From Podarcis erhardii (Eukaryota), in the NCBI GenBank assembly GCA_964252035.1, contig OZ176211.1: DNA of 64,000 nucleotides, one strand, 5' to 3'. A program made the translations under genes and the position numbers. The notes below the pieces were generated by a model, which worked only from the letters and a program-made list of their open reading frames with translations, did not search any database and was not told the DNA's origin. Below are positions 22,121 through 34,106 of this stretch, one piece after another (within the stretch, counting starts at the first letter, position 1; each line of letters opens with the position of its first letter).

Positions 22121-24759
22121 TTAAGAATAATACTTATATATTCTAAAATTTACTGGAAGGAAGGACAGATACAGGGTTCCCTTTACCAGTAGCCCCATTG
22201 ATTTCCATTCTACTCATTGCACGCACAGTCGCGTATTGCCCAGGCACGACGGTCTGGGAGTAGATCGCATCGATATGAGTGGCCAACCCGTGGCCCGAGG
22301 AGTGGATTCACGAGGAGGCGTTTTGTAAAACAAAAGAACGTGCATGTAGGGGTTTAATATTTCCCTAACAGCTTTAGATGTAAAAACTATGTTGGTGCAT
22401 GCCGGCTTTGAAAACAGGGTATAAATCCAGATCTAAAGGAAGCCTTGTTCCCTATGAAAAGTTGGTCATTTCATTTGGGCCCCTATCCTGTCCCTCTCTT
22501 TCTCCTTCCTGGCCGCCTTTCTCTGAGCAGAAACCTCCCTCCTGTCCCTGCTGCTCCGTTGCTCCCTTCCACACTTTCTCCCCCATTTCTCCGCCATTGT
22601 TCAGAAGAACTCTTTCCCCTTTTGTTATATTGTCTCTGTGGCCCAACGCTTTTGCATTCTGAAGCCAACACAATTCCTCTGTTTTACCAGAATGCAGAAG
22701 GGGACACATGGAGGGCGGGGTGGCGGCGGCGGCCGGGGAGATCGGGGGAGGGGGACGCCTTTCCCAGTGTGGCGAAGCAACCACATTTCCCATTCCATGT
22801 CTGCCTTCTGGAAAACGCAAGCAGGCCCACAGAAAAGCCCCCTAAGCTCCACGAAGGCCTTTTCCAGAGCAGGCCCTGCTCCCCCCCCCCGATTCCCCCC
22901 CCCCCGTCACCCTGCATCCGCCTTTGTTGAATCGGTTCCTCTGGTGGTTCTGAACGTCACCAAACCCATCTCTGGCCTTCGTTACTGCGGCCAGGGCGCA
23001 TTCTTGTTTTTGCATTCGAAAAAGAATCTTTCGAATTTCTCTCTTGTTCGTTTTGAAAGAGGATATCTGCAGGGCTCGGCCTAGTTCTGATATGCGGGGG
23101 TGGGGAAGAGAATCTGCTGTGGGGGGAGTCGATTTGTATGGAAGGCTTCTTTTGTTCTTTGAACCGGAGGTCCCCCCCCCCCCCACACACAACAACAACA
23201 AACATGAGCGCTGCCTTCTCTGTATAAAAGGAAAACGTTCCGAAATGCACGCTAAGTTGAATTTTCTGTGTCACAAACCAGGCAAACCCTTAGCAAAAAG
23301 CGGGGAGGGGGGGGAGAGAAAAAAAGAGCGGGGGAGCGCCCGGGATTCCCTGCCGCACCTGAAGCTTAGCCAAGCTGTTGTTTTAAGAGAGCAATAAAAA
23401 TGAATTATGACTAACCGCCTCCTAGCTTAATGGTTTCAGACGGGGATCCCCAGCCCGAGCAAATACGTAAGAGGATTTTTATTTGTGCATGTGTTCCTGC
23501 AATTGATCTCTTTGATGACATTCTCATTCACAGAAAGCGTTTGATTTATGACTTTAGGAAGAATTGCACCCAGTCTTTCCAGCTATAGCCCACGCAGCTC
23601 AGCGCCACCCCACTTAGAGGGGGGTTGCAAAACAGGGAAGCCAACGGCGACCACAACAAACGTGCGCAGAGGAGAGCAAGCAGGAAACCCGCGCCTGCAA
23701 AGATCTGGGGAAGTTCTTAAGGAGCGGGCTATAAATATCTACGTTGGCATATCTACATACACACGAAGATGTATGCTAACGCCTACTGATAGGCTGTGGG
23801 GCAAAAAAGGAGAAGAAAAGAGGCATACTGGATTTTGCTAACAATCCGAATTGAAATCGGATTAGAGAATACACACAGCTATCCCCGCATGGTAGCACTT
23901 TTAAACGGACCTCATGACTCTACACTTGTTAGTCCAGTTCCAGTAGGACTCGATGCCCTCCAACAGCTTTTGTTCCGTAGACCAAGCGAAAGCCACAGGA
24001 TTTGAAAGCGATTTTTCATATGCATTGCATACATCCTAACCGCGTGTGCTTGTGTTTTAATTCTCTCCTCTGATTTCCTCTCTTTTAGGTTTCTTTTCTC
24101 GGGGCCTTCGGACAGCTGGGAAATCCATCAAATGCCTTCCTTTCTCAGCTCTGGTTCCCCACACCACCATCCCTCCCCCCTTTCCAAGGCACGGGTCGCA
24201 AAAGAAATAGTTAAAAATAGCGTTCAATAGTAGAAACCAGTATACACTTCTGTCGATTTCTGGCCATTTATGCAGCAAGGCTTGCTGTAGTGCTTTTTGT
24301 TTCCCCTTGCAATAATATGATATATTCTGCCTATAATACAATATCAGTTAAAACGTAGAAGAGAATTTTTATATAATGTTACGATATATTCAACCTATAC
24401 TATAATAAATCGTTTGCGATAGCACAGAAACATTTTAACGTGCTTCTAATGTCTTATGTGCATTCAAGGGAGGGGGGGATATATTTTAATGTAAGTTTTG
24501 GAGTTATTTTAGGTTTCTTTTTTCTCTCCCCCCTATTTGAATATTGAGAACTTTGGAAATCCATCATTTATCGCTGGCTTCCCCCCTAATAAATATATTT
24601 TTAACGAAAAAGGACGAAGGTTGTGACCAAATTGTGTTGTTTCTTTTAATTTTATTTCAGGACTAGGGGAGGGGCGGAGATTAACTTCCTTGTATGAAGC
24701 AGAGAGAAAGAGAAAGAGAGAGATAAAGAGATAAGAAAAATGCTTGTAGCAAACAAGAA

Positions 24760-24765
24760 TTTATT
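24760..24765 (-). terminator. HOXA2: Probable HOXA2 polyadenylation signal
   Basis: tttatt on plus, about 350 nt 3' of the stop; another at 24651-56. Confidence 0.55.
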
Positions 24766-25118
24766 CTACCAAAAATACTTATGACAACGCATCCTAATGT
24801 AATACAAAAATAAAAAGAAAGTGAAGATACAATTTTGATATGATCACTTTCTTACAGGCCTTATATATTGCTTTTCATAGAAGGACCTAGAATGGGACTA
24901 GGTTTAAAACCGGACACAACTAAAAAATGTCATAGGCAAACGGCAAAATAAGCTCTCCAACACACCGAGAAGGAAAAATAAAAAATAATCAGGAAAATAC
25001 TGACCAGGAAAAGGGAAAGAAATTAAATCAAGTCATTCCCCTCCCCCTCCCGCTCCCCCAAAAATGGAAAAGGAGAGGGGGAAAATAACCCTTTTCAGAA
25101 AAGTTGGTCTGCCATTTC

Positions 25119-25885
25119 TCAGTAATTCAGATGCTGCAAGTCAATTGTGGTGAGTGTATCTGTAAAAAAGTCAAAGCTGTCAGCTGAAATATCTACAGGG
25201 CTGTCGAGGGACCCTGGCAGACTGGGGGAGACGGCGTCGGAGAGCTGTAGGCAGGAATCTGCGGAGAAAACGCTGAAGTCCTGTAAAGAAGGCACCTCCA
25301 GGGCCTCAGGACTGTCATTGTTCAGGCCAGCTGCACAGTTCTGGGCCATTGTTGACAGGCAGTTGGGAACAGTGGGTGACTGATGCTGAAAATGTTTCAG
25401 ATTTTTCTCATTGCTCGTTAAAGGCGAAACTGGGAAACTTTGGGACTCTCCATTGTGGACAGTGACAGCCTGCTGTTGCGCTAGTGCATTCTGCTGAAAA
25501 GTGTAGCCTTCCCTTTCCGAAAGCGCGCCTGAGACATTGTTGAGGGCTTGCTCGAAGAGGGATTTCTCCTCCTCTTCCTCCTCTTCCTCCTCCTCCTCGT
25601 CGTCTTCTGCTTTCTCGGGATCCTCCAAGCCTTTGAATTTCCCTTCGCTGTTCTGGTTCTCCTTGCACTGGGTTTGCCTCTTGTGCTTCATCCTCCTGTT
25701 CTGAAACCACACCTTGACTTGCCTCTCGGTCAGGTCCAGGAGAGCGGCGATCTCCACCCGCCTCGGTCTGCAGAGGTACTTGTTGAAATGGAATTCCTTC
25801 TCCAGCTCCAAGAGCTGCGTGTTGGTATAAGCAGTCCTCAGCCTCCTGGAGCCCCCGGTCCCATTTTCGGAAATCTCCAGAGATT
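25119..25885 (-). CDS. HOXA2: Homeobox protein Hox-A2, coding exon 2
   Basis: Acceptor ttttaagcag|AA at 25885; (E)[79 protein letters not shown]; 380 aa with exon 1. Confidence 0.98.
25310..25545. promoter_or_regulatory. Exonic rhombomere-2 enhancer region of Hoxa2 (Sox ACAAT motifs)
   Basis: ACAAT on mRNA strand at 25317-21, 25348-52, 25452-56 and 25536-40; known coding-exon r2 module in other vertebrates. Confidence 0.55.
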
Positions 25886-26244
25886 CTGCTTAAAAGGAGA
25901 CAACAACAAGCACCATTAGAATGAGAGATATGAAAGAGGGGGGAAGAGAGAGAGAGAGGAGGGAGAATGTGTTATTTTAGGATTTTGAACATCCAAGCCT
26001 GGTGGGGGGAAATGAGCTAGTTGGAGCTGGGGGGGGGCTCTTTCTTTCTCTCTTAAAGCATTAAAATTTCAACTGCAACAAAATGGCCGCCCATGAATGC
26101 AGTAAATCCATTGTGTTTGCACTCCTGTGAGCCCGGTCTCTTGGACCCACTTTTGCTTCTCCCCCCACCCTCCTCGCTTAGCTCCAGGAACTTGATTTGC
26201 CTCCATCTCCCCAACCTGCCCATACCCGAGCAAACTTTGATATT

Positions 26245-26385
26245 AGCCATACAACAATTTATAGTTAATGCATCAGCTGCTTAGCTGAGCAAGAGCAATC
26301 TATCACTCTTCATTACTGTCAAATATCCCAACTCTAGGACAGCGAGACAAGAGGAGGGTCACCTCCAACTCAAATAAATCATCCC
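26245..26385 (-). promoter_or_regulatory. Hoxa2 intronic rhombomere-4 enhancer (Pbx-Hox and Prep/Meis sites)
   Basis: Minus strand TGACAG (26316-21), TGATAGATTG (26296-305), TGATGCAT (~26268-75), TGATTTAT (26374-81). Confidence 0.7.
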
Positions 26386-26653
26386 ACGCTAAACAAGTTA
26401 GGGGAGAGAAAAAGAAGAAACTTTGTTTGGGGTGGGGGGATTTGGGGGTGTCGGCGGGGTTGGTTTCTGAGGAATCTGCCTGTGGATCCCCCGCTAGACC
26501 TCCAGCGAACCCGGATTGGAGTGCCGTAAGTTAGGGAGGCACCCATCCAAGCGAGAGGGAGTGGGAGAGGAGAAAAGGAGATTATATGGAGATAGAGAGA
26601 GAGATCTCTGAGTCCCAGGAAGGCTGAAGGTGCAGCAAAGTCTTTGAACTGAC

Positions 26654-27029
26654 CTTTGTGGCTCAGGCAGGCTGGTCCAGTGGCGGAGGCCGAAGGAGGC
26701 GGCAGGGCAGTTTTCTTGGAGGCTTTTTTCTCCTTCATCCAGGGGTATTCCGGAGGCTGGAGGGCGCCGGCTGGCACTGGGCTGCCGCTGCTGGCATTGG
26801 GGCTGTGCTTGGGGCGGCTGCTGCTGCTGTGGCGAGGGTGGCTGCCTGGGTTCAGGCTGGGGATGGTCTGCTCAAAAGGAGGAGGAATCAGTGTCGAGTG
26901 TGAAAGCGTCGAGTTCTTGATTGATGAACTTTGAAATGTATCACCGACAGGGGGAAAAGATGTCAGGCACTCAGCGAGCGATGGCTGACTATTGATAAAA
27001 CCAATCTCTCGCTCAAATTCGAAATTCAT
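26654..27029 (-). CDS. HOXA2: Homeobox protein Hox-A2, coding exon 1
   Basis: [27 protein letters not shown]...[10 protein letters not shown]; donor AAG|GTCAGT at 26654/26653. Confidence 0.98.
26918..26927 (+). promoter_or_regulatory. Exonic Hox-Pbx response element in HOXA2 exon 1 (TGATTGATGA)
   Basis: Consensus TGATTGAT inside the ultraconserved SSSIK codons; known r4-active exonic element. Confidence 0.6.
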
Positions 27030-27201
27030 GGCCTTCAACTCGCAGCCCCCTTGGAGAAAAAGTTCCCTCTTATTTAGCGCTTCTGGGAGGGGGAGGGGGG
27101 AGCAAGGCCCAGGAAAAGGGGGGAGGGGGAAAAAAACCGAGAGAGAGGGAGAGAGAGAAAGGAAGAGGGAGAGAGAGAGAAAAGGAAAAAAAATATCATA
27201 G

Positions 27202-27437
27202 NNNNNNNNNNNNNNNNNNNNNNNNNNNNNNNNNNNNNNNNNNNNNNNNNNNNNNNNNNNNNNNNNNNNNNNNNNNNNNNNNNNNNNNNNNNNNNNNNNN
27301 NNNNNNNNNNNNNNNNNNNNNNNNNNNNNNNNNNNNNNNNNNNNNNNNNNNNNNNNNNNNNNNNNNNNNNNNNNNNNNNNNNNNNNNNNNNNNNNNNNNN
27401 NNNNNNNNNNNNNNNNNNNNNNNNNNNNNNNNNNNNN
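27202..27437. other. Assembly gap in HOXA2 leader/promoter
   Basis: Run of N. Confidence 1.
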
Positions 27438-27539
27438 TTATACTTTTTAAAAGGGGGGAAAGGGTATCTCCGCCGCGCTCTCTCTCGCTCGCTCTCCCCC
27501 TTTTGCCTCCTAATCTGAAATGATATCTGAGGGAGAGAG

Positions 27540-27582
<43 letters not shown>

Positions 27583-29399
27583 CTGGGTGGGTTGTCTGAG
27601 CTGCTGTTGCTGTTGCTGCTGCCTCTGATGCTTAGCTTGGCCGGGGAGGCTCCCTTGCCCCGCTTGCCTCCCCTCCGCACACTCCCCCTTCTCATTGTTT
27701 GGGACTGTCAAGCAAGCGCCTTGCACCTCACAAATCACGGGCGCACCTCCATCGGACGCCCTGAGTCATTAACGAAGTCATCCATTAATCTCCAAAGTTG
27801 TGACACCGCGGGCCCCCAACATCTCCACCGCAGCACAAAAAGTTCCACCCGGCCAGAGGATGCCAAGGAAGGGAGTCTTTGCTTATATTTGATTTGGGTT
27901 TGTTGCCCCCCTCCCCCCGCCCCCCATCTCCAACAAAACCCGGACCCAACTCCGTGCTGAGGACTAACCACTTCCTTAAGAAAAAATTAAAGGACGGCAA
28001 GGTTGGGGTTTCCTCCCCCTCGATCACGACCTGGCATCTTTCCCCCCCGCAATTCTCTCCCCGTTTCAGCTGAGGGTACAGTATAGAGAACAATTGGCCG
28101 CCGGTCCCTGCCTCCATCCATTGTGTCGAAGGAATTTCTCCAGCAGCTTCGCTCCTAGGGGAACAGTAAGAGCACGCAGGCTGGTGGGTCGCTACTTTCT
28201 CCCCGCAGTTGTCTTGACAGAAGCGGACGGTTCAGAGGAGATACAGATTTCCATTAGACCCTGGGACTGTAAACACAGGTTCCGATCAAAAGAGGGAAGA
28301 AAAACGGGGAGGGTGTCACAAAACAACATCCAGAGCATTCACACAAACGACACTGGAATCAGCTGACGCATTTTCTTTCCGTAGCCCCAATAAAATGGGG
28401 TCCGGCGAGTATTTTTCCCCCTCTCGATTCCAGTGAAATATGTCAAAAGTCAATGTCAGGGATTAAAAAAAACGAAACAAAACCACAATAAGGCTGCAGA
28501 TTAAACCAAAGAGCTCTAAGGACTGTGAAACTGACTATCCGTCCCTGCCCTTACCATCTCGTTTGGGAGCGCACGGTTTATTCGATTTGCTCATTCATTC
28601 CGCGATGCCGATAGTTCGGACAGGATAGCTCTTCAATCGCCTCAATTACTATTACTATTATTATTATTATTATTTAAAAAAAAGGTAAATGAGGGGAGGG
28701 GTGGACAGCGCTGGAGGAGAGAAGAAGACCCAGAAGGACACGGTGGGAACGAGGCGAAGGTTTCCTCTTCTTCAAAGCAAACCAGGAATAAGGCCGCGCA
28801 TCCTCCCTTTTTTGGGGATGAGGGCTTTCTGCACGGCGAGAGGGGTGGGGTGGAAGAGCTCTCTTTCTATATTTATACATTCCAGTGAAGCCCGAAAGTG
28901 CTCCATCCGCTACCTCGAGTCCTTGTTAGATTTCAGAGCAGAATCCTGAGCAGAGCTTGGAAGCGCTTAAAACAATAAACTGACCATTACATCTTCAGGT
29001 GGAGTGAAACTAAGCAAAAGAGAGAGAGAGAGAGAATGTTTTTAAAGGTGATTTTTTTTTAAGCAAAAAAAAAAAAAAGCAAAACCCCTTTTTTATTTCA
29101 AGCAAATAAACTCCCACAATATGGATCAGGGGCTGAGGAAGGGTGGGGGAGGGGCCGAGATATTGCAATAATTTGTTCACATTTTTTAAAAAATGTAGAT
29201 TGGGGTTGCTATTTAATGCATCTTTGACAGGAAAGGAAGGAAGGAGGGAGGGGAGGGAGGGGAGGATGGAAAAGGGTGCCTTACAAATATACATGCTGTT
29301 GGAAGATGTGGGCTGGGTTCCTTTCCTCTCTCTCTCTCTCTCTCTCTTTTTAATTTTCTTGCTTTTACTCCAAACAAAGATCCGCTGAAGCCTGCGCGC

Positions 29400-29835
29400 G
29401 ATCAATCTTCCCGGGCCAAACGCTTTGACAGCTTCTGGCCTTTAAGAACACATTTGAAGCTTCTTGCTCTTTCCCAGATCAAATGTGGCTGAGAAAAGAA
29501 GGGGGAAAAGAGAGAGAGCAAGAAACGCGAGTAAACAAGGAAAAAGAGGACGGCGAGGCTGCTTTTGCTCCCCAAATGGATTTTATTTTCCTGTATTAAG
29601 GGTGTGGATCTTGCTCTTTTTCGCATTACCCTGAAAGACAGCTCCGATCCTGGGGTTTTGTTTTTTGTTTCTTTTTTAAATCTTTACTCTTCCCCCCCTA
29701 TAGAATATAGGTGCTAGAAGTGAAATGGGTGGGAGGGTTTGTTCGAGGACCCGCTAGGAGGGAAGGCGAACGTGGGAGAAGGCTGGGGCAGTTGGGTCCA
29801 GGAAGGCTTTGTGAGTCAAATCGGCGTGGGAGGGT
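29400..29835. promoter_or_regulatory. Probable Hoxa2 r3/r5 and neural-crest enhancer (Krox20 sites, BoxA-like)
   Basis: GCGTGGGAG (EGR2-like, 29824-32) next to CTCACAAAGCC on minus (29805-15, BoxA-like), second cgtgggag at ~29771; about 2.8 kb upstream of the ATG. Confidence 0.55.
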
Positions 29836-32046
29836 TAGGGCCAGCATTTTGGGGTGGGCAGCCTAATAGAAAAAACACCTGGAACAAAGAGGCTGGCCAA
29901 CAACAAAAAAAAAAACCCATGCCCTCCACTCAAAACCCTCTGCAAAACCAAAACAACAACAAAAACAAAATTTATGTTTCTCTAAATGAAATCCGAACAG
30001 TATGTGATACAGTCGAGGGAGTGCAGGGAGAAAATTTAGGTGACCCGTTTCCTGTAAAAAAAAAAAAAATGCACGAGGAGAAAATATATGCTTTTTGACT
30101 TCCCCTTCCCAGAAAATTGTGTTAAAAGGTTGGTTTTCAATACCCAACAGTCAGCTATTCGCCACTGAAATAAGGCATCATCTCTCAAATTAATTTTGAA
30201 CAGGAGAATATCCACCACGATCCATTTTCGCTTCATCTTTCTCCAAATGCTGCATTCCGGAGCTCCAATTTGGGGTTTTTTCCCCCCATTCTAAGACCCT
30301 TTAAAAACAGATTAATGAGTTTTAAAAGGCTGGGTGCAGCCTTTCTGCAGTCTGGAGCGCGTCGCTGTAAGTATATATGGGACTTGCCTAACTCAAGCTA
30401 TAATAAGGTTTGTATGGATGGCAAAATAATAATACAGAGTTACGTTTCTTTGCATTGTAGTTAGCTACGCCTTGTGTTTATTTTTTTATATTGGGGGTAG
30501 CAATGTTATTGGGACAAGAAATCAGGAAGCTTCTTAAGACTGTGAAAAAGAGAAGAGATGAATAATATTTCTACCAAGGTGACCAACATGGCGACAATCT
30601 CCTTCAGATTGACATAACAGATGCTGAATGTGGAATCGTTCCCCTCTAAATGCACTATTGTGTATACCGGTGTTTTTAGAATCCGAAACCCAATTGCTAC
30701 AACAAATAAGCCCCACAGCTTTAAATTATCTGTTTACTGTTTGGATTTATTATAACTCGTTTATTAGCGCAGATCCATGCATGAGGGTCTTCGAGACCAA
30801 TTTGCTATGGATATATCAAAAGGTATTTCGGAAAGAAAGGATTTCATTTATTTTATTTCCCCTCCCCCCTCCCACAATAGAAGATTTACATTCGATTGCC
30901 TCACCTCGCCCACCCAGTCCAGAAAAGACGTGGGTGGGGGTGCAGGATGGGAAAGGACGCTCGATTAACAAGTCGTGCAAAGATTATTAAAGCCCTTCAA
31001 TTTCTAAGACCGCAGTTGAGCAGCTCAGTTCGTGGAGAAGACCATAAGGAACAAACTCTCTCTTTCAACCCCGGGGATGGGCCAGATCGCTTGGCAAACA
31101 GGCCTGATTTATTATTGCTGAATCTGTCCCTTCATTATTAGGGTGATGAATTGTATTTTGCCTGTAAACAAATGTGCTTTTGAATTCGTGCCATATCAAA
31201 TATGAGTCTAACTACACGAGTCTTCGTTTTTTTAGCCTTAGGTTTATTTAATTTCGCCTCTTTTTCTTTTCTCCAAATCCCCACCCCTTCCTTTTCCTTT
31301 TTTTTTAAAAAAAAATATTTCCCCCATCACTCAGCATAAACAGTCGCTGAATTGTCCGTTTTGGTTCCCGAGAGGAGCTTATAAGTGTGGGGGTAGCGAG
31401 CTGCAGATCGGCTCAAAGGTCCCCAGTGCGGAGGCGAGGAGAGCCTTTTCTCCCATTAGGAACGCCTGGCTTCCTCCAGCAGAGAGTGGACCCAACATGG
31501 CGAGAGGGAGAACAGCCTGCAAGCGGGACCCAGCTCATCCTGCGGCCTCAGGAGAAGATTCCCTTCTGCAGAGGCGACGCAGCCACCTGAGCTTGATTTA
31601 CAGCATATCGCTCCAGACATGAGGGACACAGTTTCTCTTCCCCACCTCCACCCCTTCCTCCGCTTCCCTTTGACCACAATGAATGCAACCAAAAACGAAG
31701 AAGCTGCCACAGCTACCTATGGGCTGCGTTTATGAAAAACGTCTGGAGAACTGCAGTCCTCGAGCTATGGTCGGAAAGGGCGGATCTTTTTCCATCTTGG
31801 ATATTTTCAGTGCTCCAATTCTCCCCACTGTTGTTGTTTTTTGAGGAGTGGGGAGACAAAAATGTGTAAGCCTTCTAAGCTTTGAAAGCTCAGAGAAGCA
31901 GAGGAGACCTGAAGGTTGGATATTGGAGATTTATGTATTTAAAAGCTCCAAGGGCGTCAGTCCTTGTTCCTTTTCTCTCTCGCTTTTTTTCTCCTTTCTA
32001 AAATCAAATGATCATATCTTAAGCCTGTATTATTCAGAATAAAAAC

Positions 32047-32052
32047 TTTATT
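32047..32052 (-). terminator. HOXA3: Probable distal HOXA3 polyadenylation signal
   Basis: tttatt on plus; a proximal candidate lies at 32530-35. Confidence 0.5.
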
Positions 32053-32651
32053 TTTTTTTCCAGAATGTGAGCAGCAAGGAATGTATAACTTTCAAAACAA
32101 AATCTAGCTTTGTGTTGTTCTCGTTCAGGTTTACACATTTCCCTTTAGTTCGATGTTAACAGGCAGCCGTTTCTGTTCCTGTGGTGGCCTGCTGTTTATT
32201 TTCCAGATTTTATTGCATTTTTTTTCCTTCTTCTTTTTAAATAAAGGAGTTTAAGTTCCCCCCTTCCAAATGATATTTCCTATGTATGTCATCTAACATA
32301 CAGCCAGGTAAATATCTCCTGAATATTCAGGGTACAGAAGTTTATTTTTTTTAATATATTTATATATATAAATATGAACAGATGGGGATAAATAAAAAAA
32401 TTTAAACACTTAGATTATTCAAAGTTTGCAAAAAAATATAAATAAATCTGAAAGTTCACCAGCATACACACGTTGAAAGACGTACACGTATTAATAAGTT
32501 CGCTCAGGGAGCCCCTGTTCAAGCGCCTTTTTATTTCTTTCTCGCTATTTAAAAGAAGTGCAATTAAAATAAAAATGCTTCCCCGGTTGGGATCGATTCT
32601 GTACGAACAAATTCACATTTAAGAACCATCTGTATAGAAAATTTGTTCATA

Positions 32652-32659
32652 TACCCTGT
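32652..32659 (-). promoter_or_regulatory. miR-10 8mer site in HOXA3 3'UTR
   Basis: mRNA ACAGGGUA; HOXA3 is a known miR-10 target. Confidence 0.7.
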
Positions 32660-32983
32660 TTTGATAAAAGTGTTGAAGTTAAGAGTAGAAAGCCTATGTA
32701 TACTCTCAAAGGGAGAACACAAGGCAAAGAGTTCAAGGAGATAAATATCCACTATTGAAACTAGGGAGCCATTCAAGCAACAGATATTGCTACGTCACAT
32801 AAACTAGAAAATGCTTCTTCTTTTTTTTAACCAAAAGAAAAGAAAAGAAAACAGAAGCAAAACAGAAAGGGCAGGGGGAGGAATTTAAAGTATTTTTCTT
32901 TTCTTTTCCTTCTTTTTCCCTTTTTCTTTTTTTTAAAAAAAGGCTGGGGGACTTTTATGATCCACTAAGTAACTGATGGTATA

Positions 32984-33747
32984 TTACAGATGGGTCAGTT
33001 TGGGCGCTTCCTGAATTCTTCCCTGAGAAGGATGGTGAGAAGTAAGGTCTGTATATGTTGGGTGTGGGTCACACGGTCCATGGTGATGATTGTTGCCCAT
33101 TGGCCCACTGTAGTCCATGTTGGCAGAGGAAGGATGAGGGAGGTGAGTCAGACCAAAGATGGAAGGCCCAGAATTTGCCATGGTGTCCACATAATTGCCC
33201 CCAACATAGACGGGGCTTCCCTGTATATGTGGATTGCCATAGCCATTCCCTTGAAGAGGATGAGGGTCATATTCAGGAGTCACTGCTGCAGTTCCGGTAT
33301 ATCTTTTTTGTGGAGGCGGGCAGTTATTGAGAGGAGCCGGATATGACGTAGGGATGCCATAGGCGTTCTGATGAGGCTTGCTGAAGGATGGCGGTGACTG
33401 GGGTTCATATGGAACACTGTTTACTAGGGAATGCATAGAGTTCAGGTATCCTCCAGCAGCCGGAGGGACAGGACTTCTGCTGGGGGACTGTCCTCCTGAA
33501 GAGGTCATCATGCCTTTGCCCTTCTGATCCTTTTTGTATTTCATCCTGCGGTTTTGGAACCATATTTTGATCTGTCTTTCTGTGAGGTTGAGCAAGTTAG
33601 CCATCTCTACCCTTCTTGGCCTGCAAAGGTATCTATTGAAGTGAAACTCCTTTTCCAGTTCTACCAGCTGGGCACTTGTGTAAGCTGTGCGGGCTCTTTT
33701 AGAGGAAGCTTGCCCTGGGGGGCTTTTATCACCAGCACAACTCTCAC
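32984..33747 (-). CDS. HOXA3: Homeobox protein Hox-A3, last coding exon
   Basis: Acceptor tttgcatag|GT at 33747; (G)[73 protein letters not shown]...[11 protein letters not shown]; 418 aa in total. Confidence 0.98.
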
Positions 33748-33855
33748 CTATGCAAATCATACAAAGAACAAAGTGAGTATGGGGGCACCTGAACACACAA
33801 CAACCTGTAATCATCAATCAGCCTTGCCTGGGCTAGTACATTGCAGGGCCTAGTG

Positions 33856-34106
33856 CAGGGGTCAGCAACCTTTTTCAGCTGTGGGCCGGTCCACCGTCTC
33901 TCAGACCATGTGGTGGGCCGGACTATGTTTTGGGAAAAAAATATGAACGAATTCCTATGCCCCACAAATAACCCAGAGATGGATTTTAAATAAAAGGACA
34001 CCTTCTACTCATGTAAAAACACGTTGATTCCCGAACCGTCCGCAGGCCAGATTGAGAAGTCAATTGAGCCGCATCCGGCCCACGGGCCTTAGGTTGCCTA
34101 CCCCTG
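33856..34106. mobile_element. hAT-superfamily MITE (251 bp) in HOXA3 intron
   Basis: TIRs CAGGGGTCAGCAACCT / CAGGGGTAGGCAACCT (14/16); perfect 8-bp TSD gcctagtg at 33848-55 and 34107-14. Confidence 0.92.

Larger units (their letters stand above)
19920..23420 (+). ncRNA. HOTAIRM1: HOTAIRM1-like divergent transcript (candidate exon 1 ~19920-20223, candidate exon 2 23060-~23420)
   Basis: Start resembles recalled human HOTAIRM1 5' end (aaagtt..gtgatggatcacc..gtggcatttaaat..ggtgacgcgcag); strong donor CAG|GTAAGC at 20223; pyrimidine tract plus AG at 23058-59; AATAAA 23393-98. Exon structure is inferred. Confidence 0.45.

Noticed and set aside
22399-23274. Dense stack of 60-160 aa ORFs on both strands
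   Set aside because: GC-rich, low-complexity sequence; only the 23044-23397 frame was kept, as a speculative finding
27030-27038. N-terminal extension MKA of HOXA2 in the ORF track
   Set aside because: The track start is TTG; the conserved start is the ATG at 27029
27076-27199. Possible uORF in the HOXA2 leader
   Set aside because: The AUG is 2 nt from an N gap and may lie upstream of the TSS; pyrimidine-repeat content; cannot be evaluated
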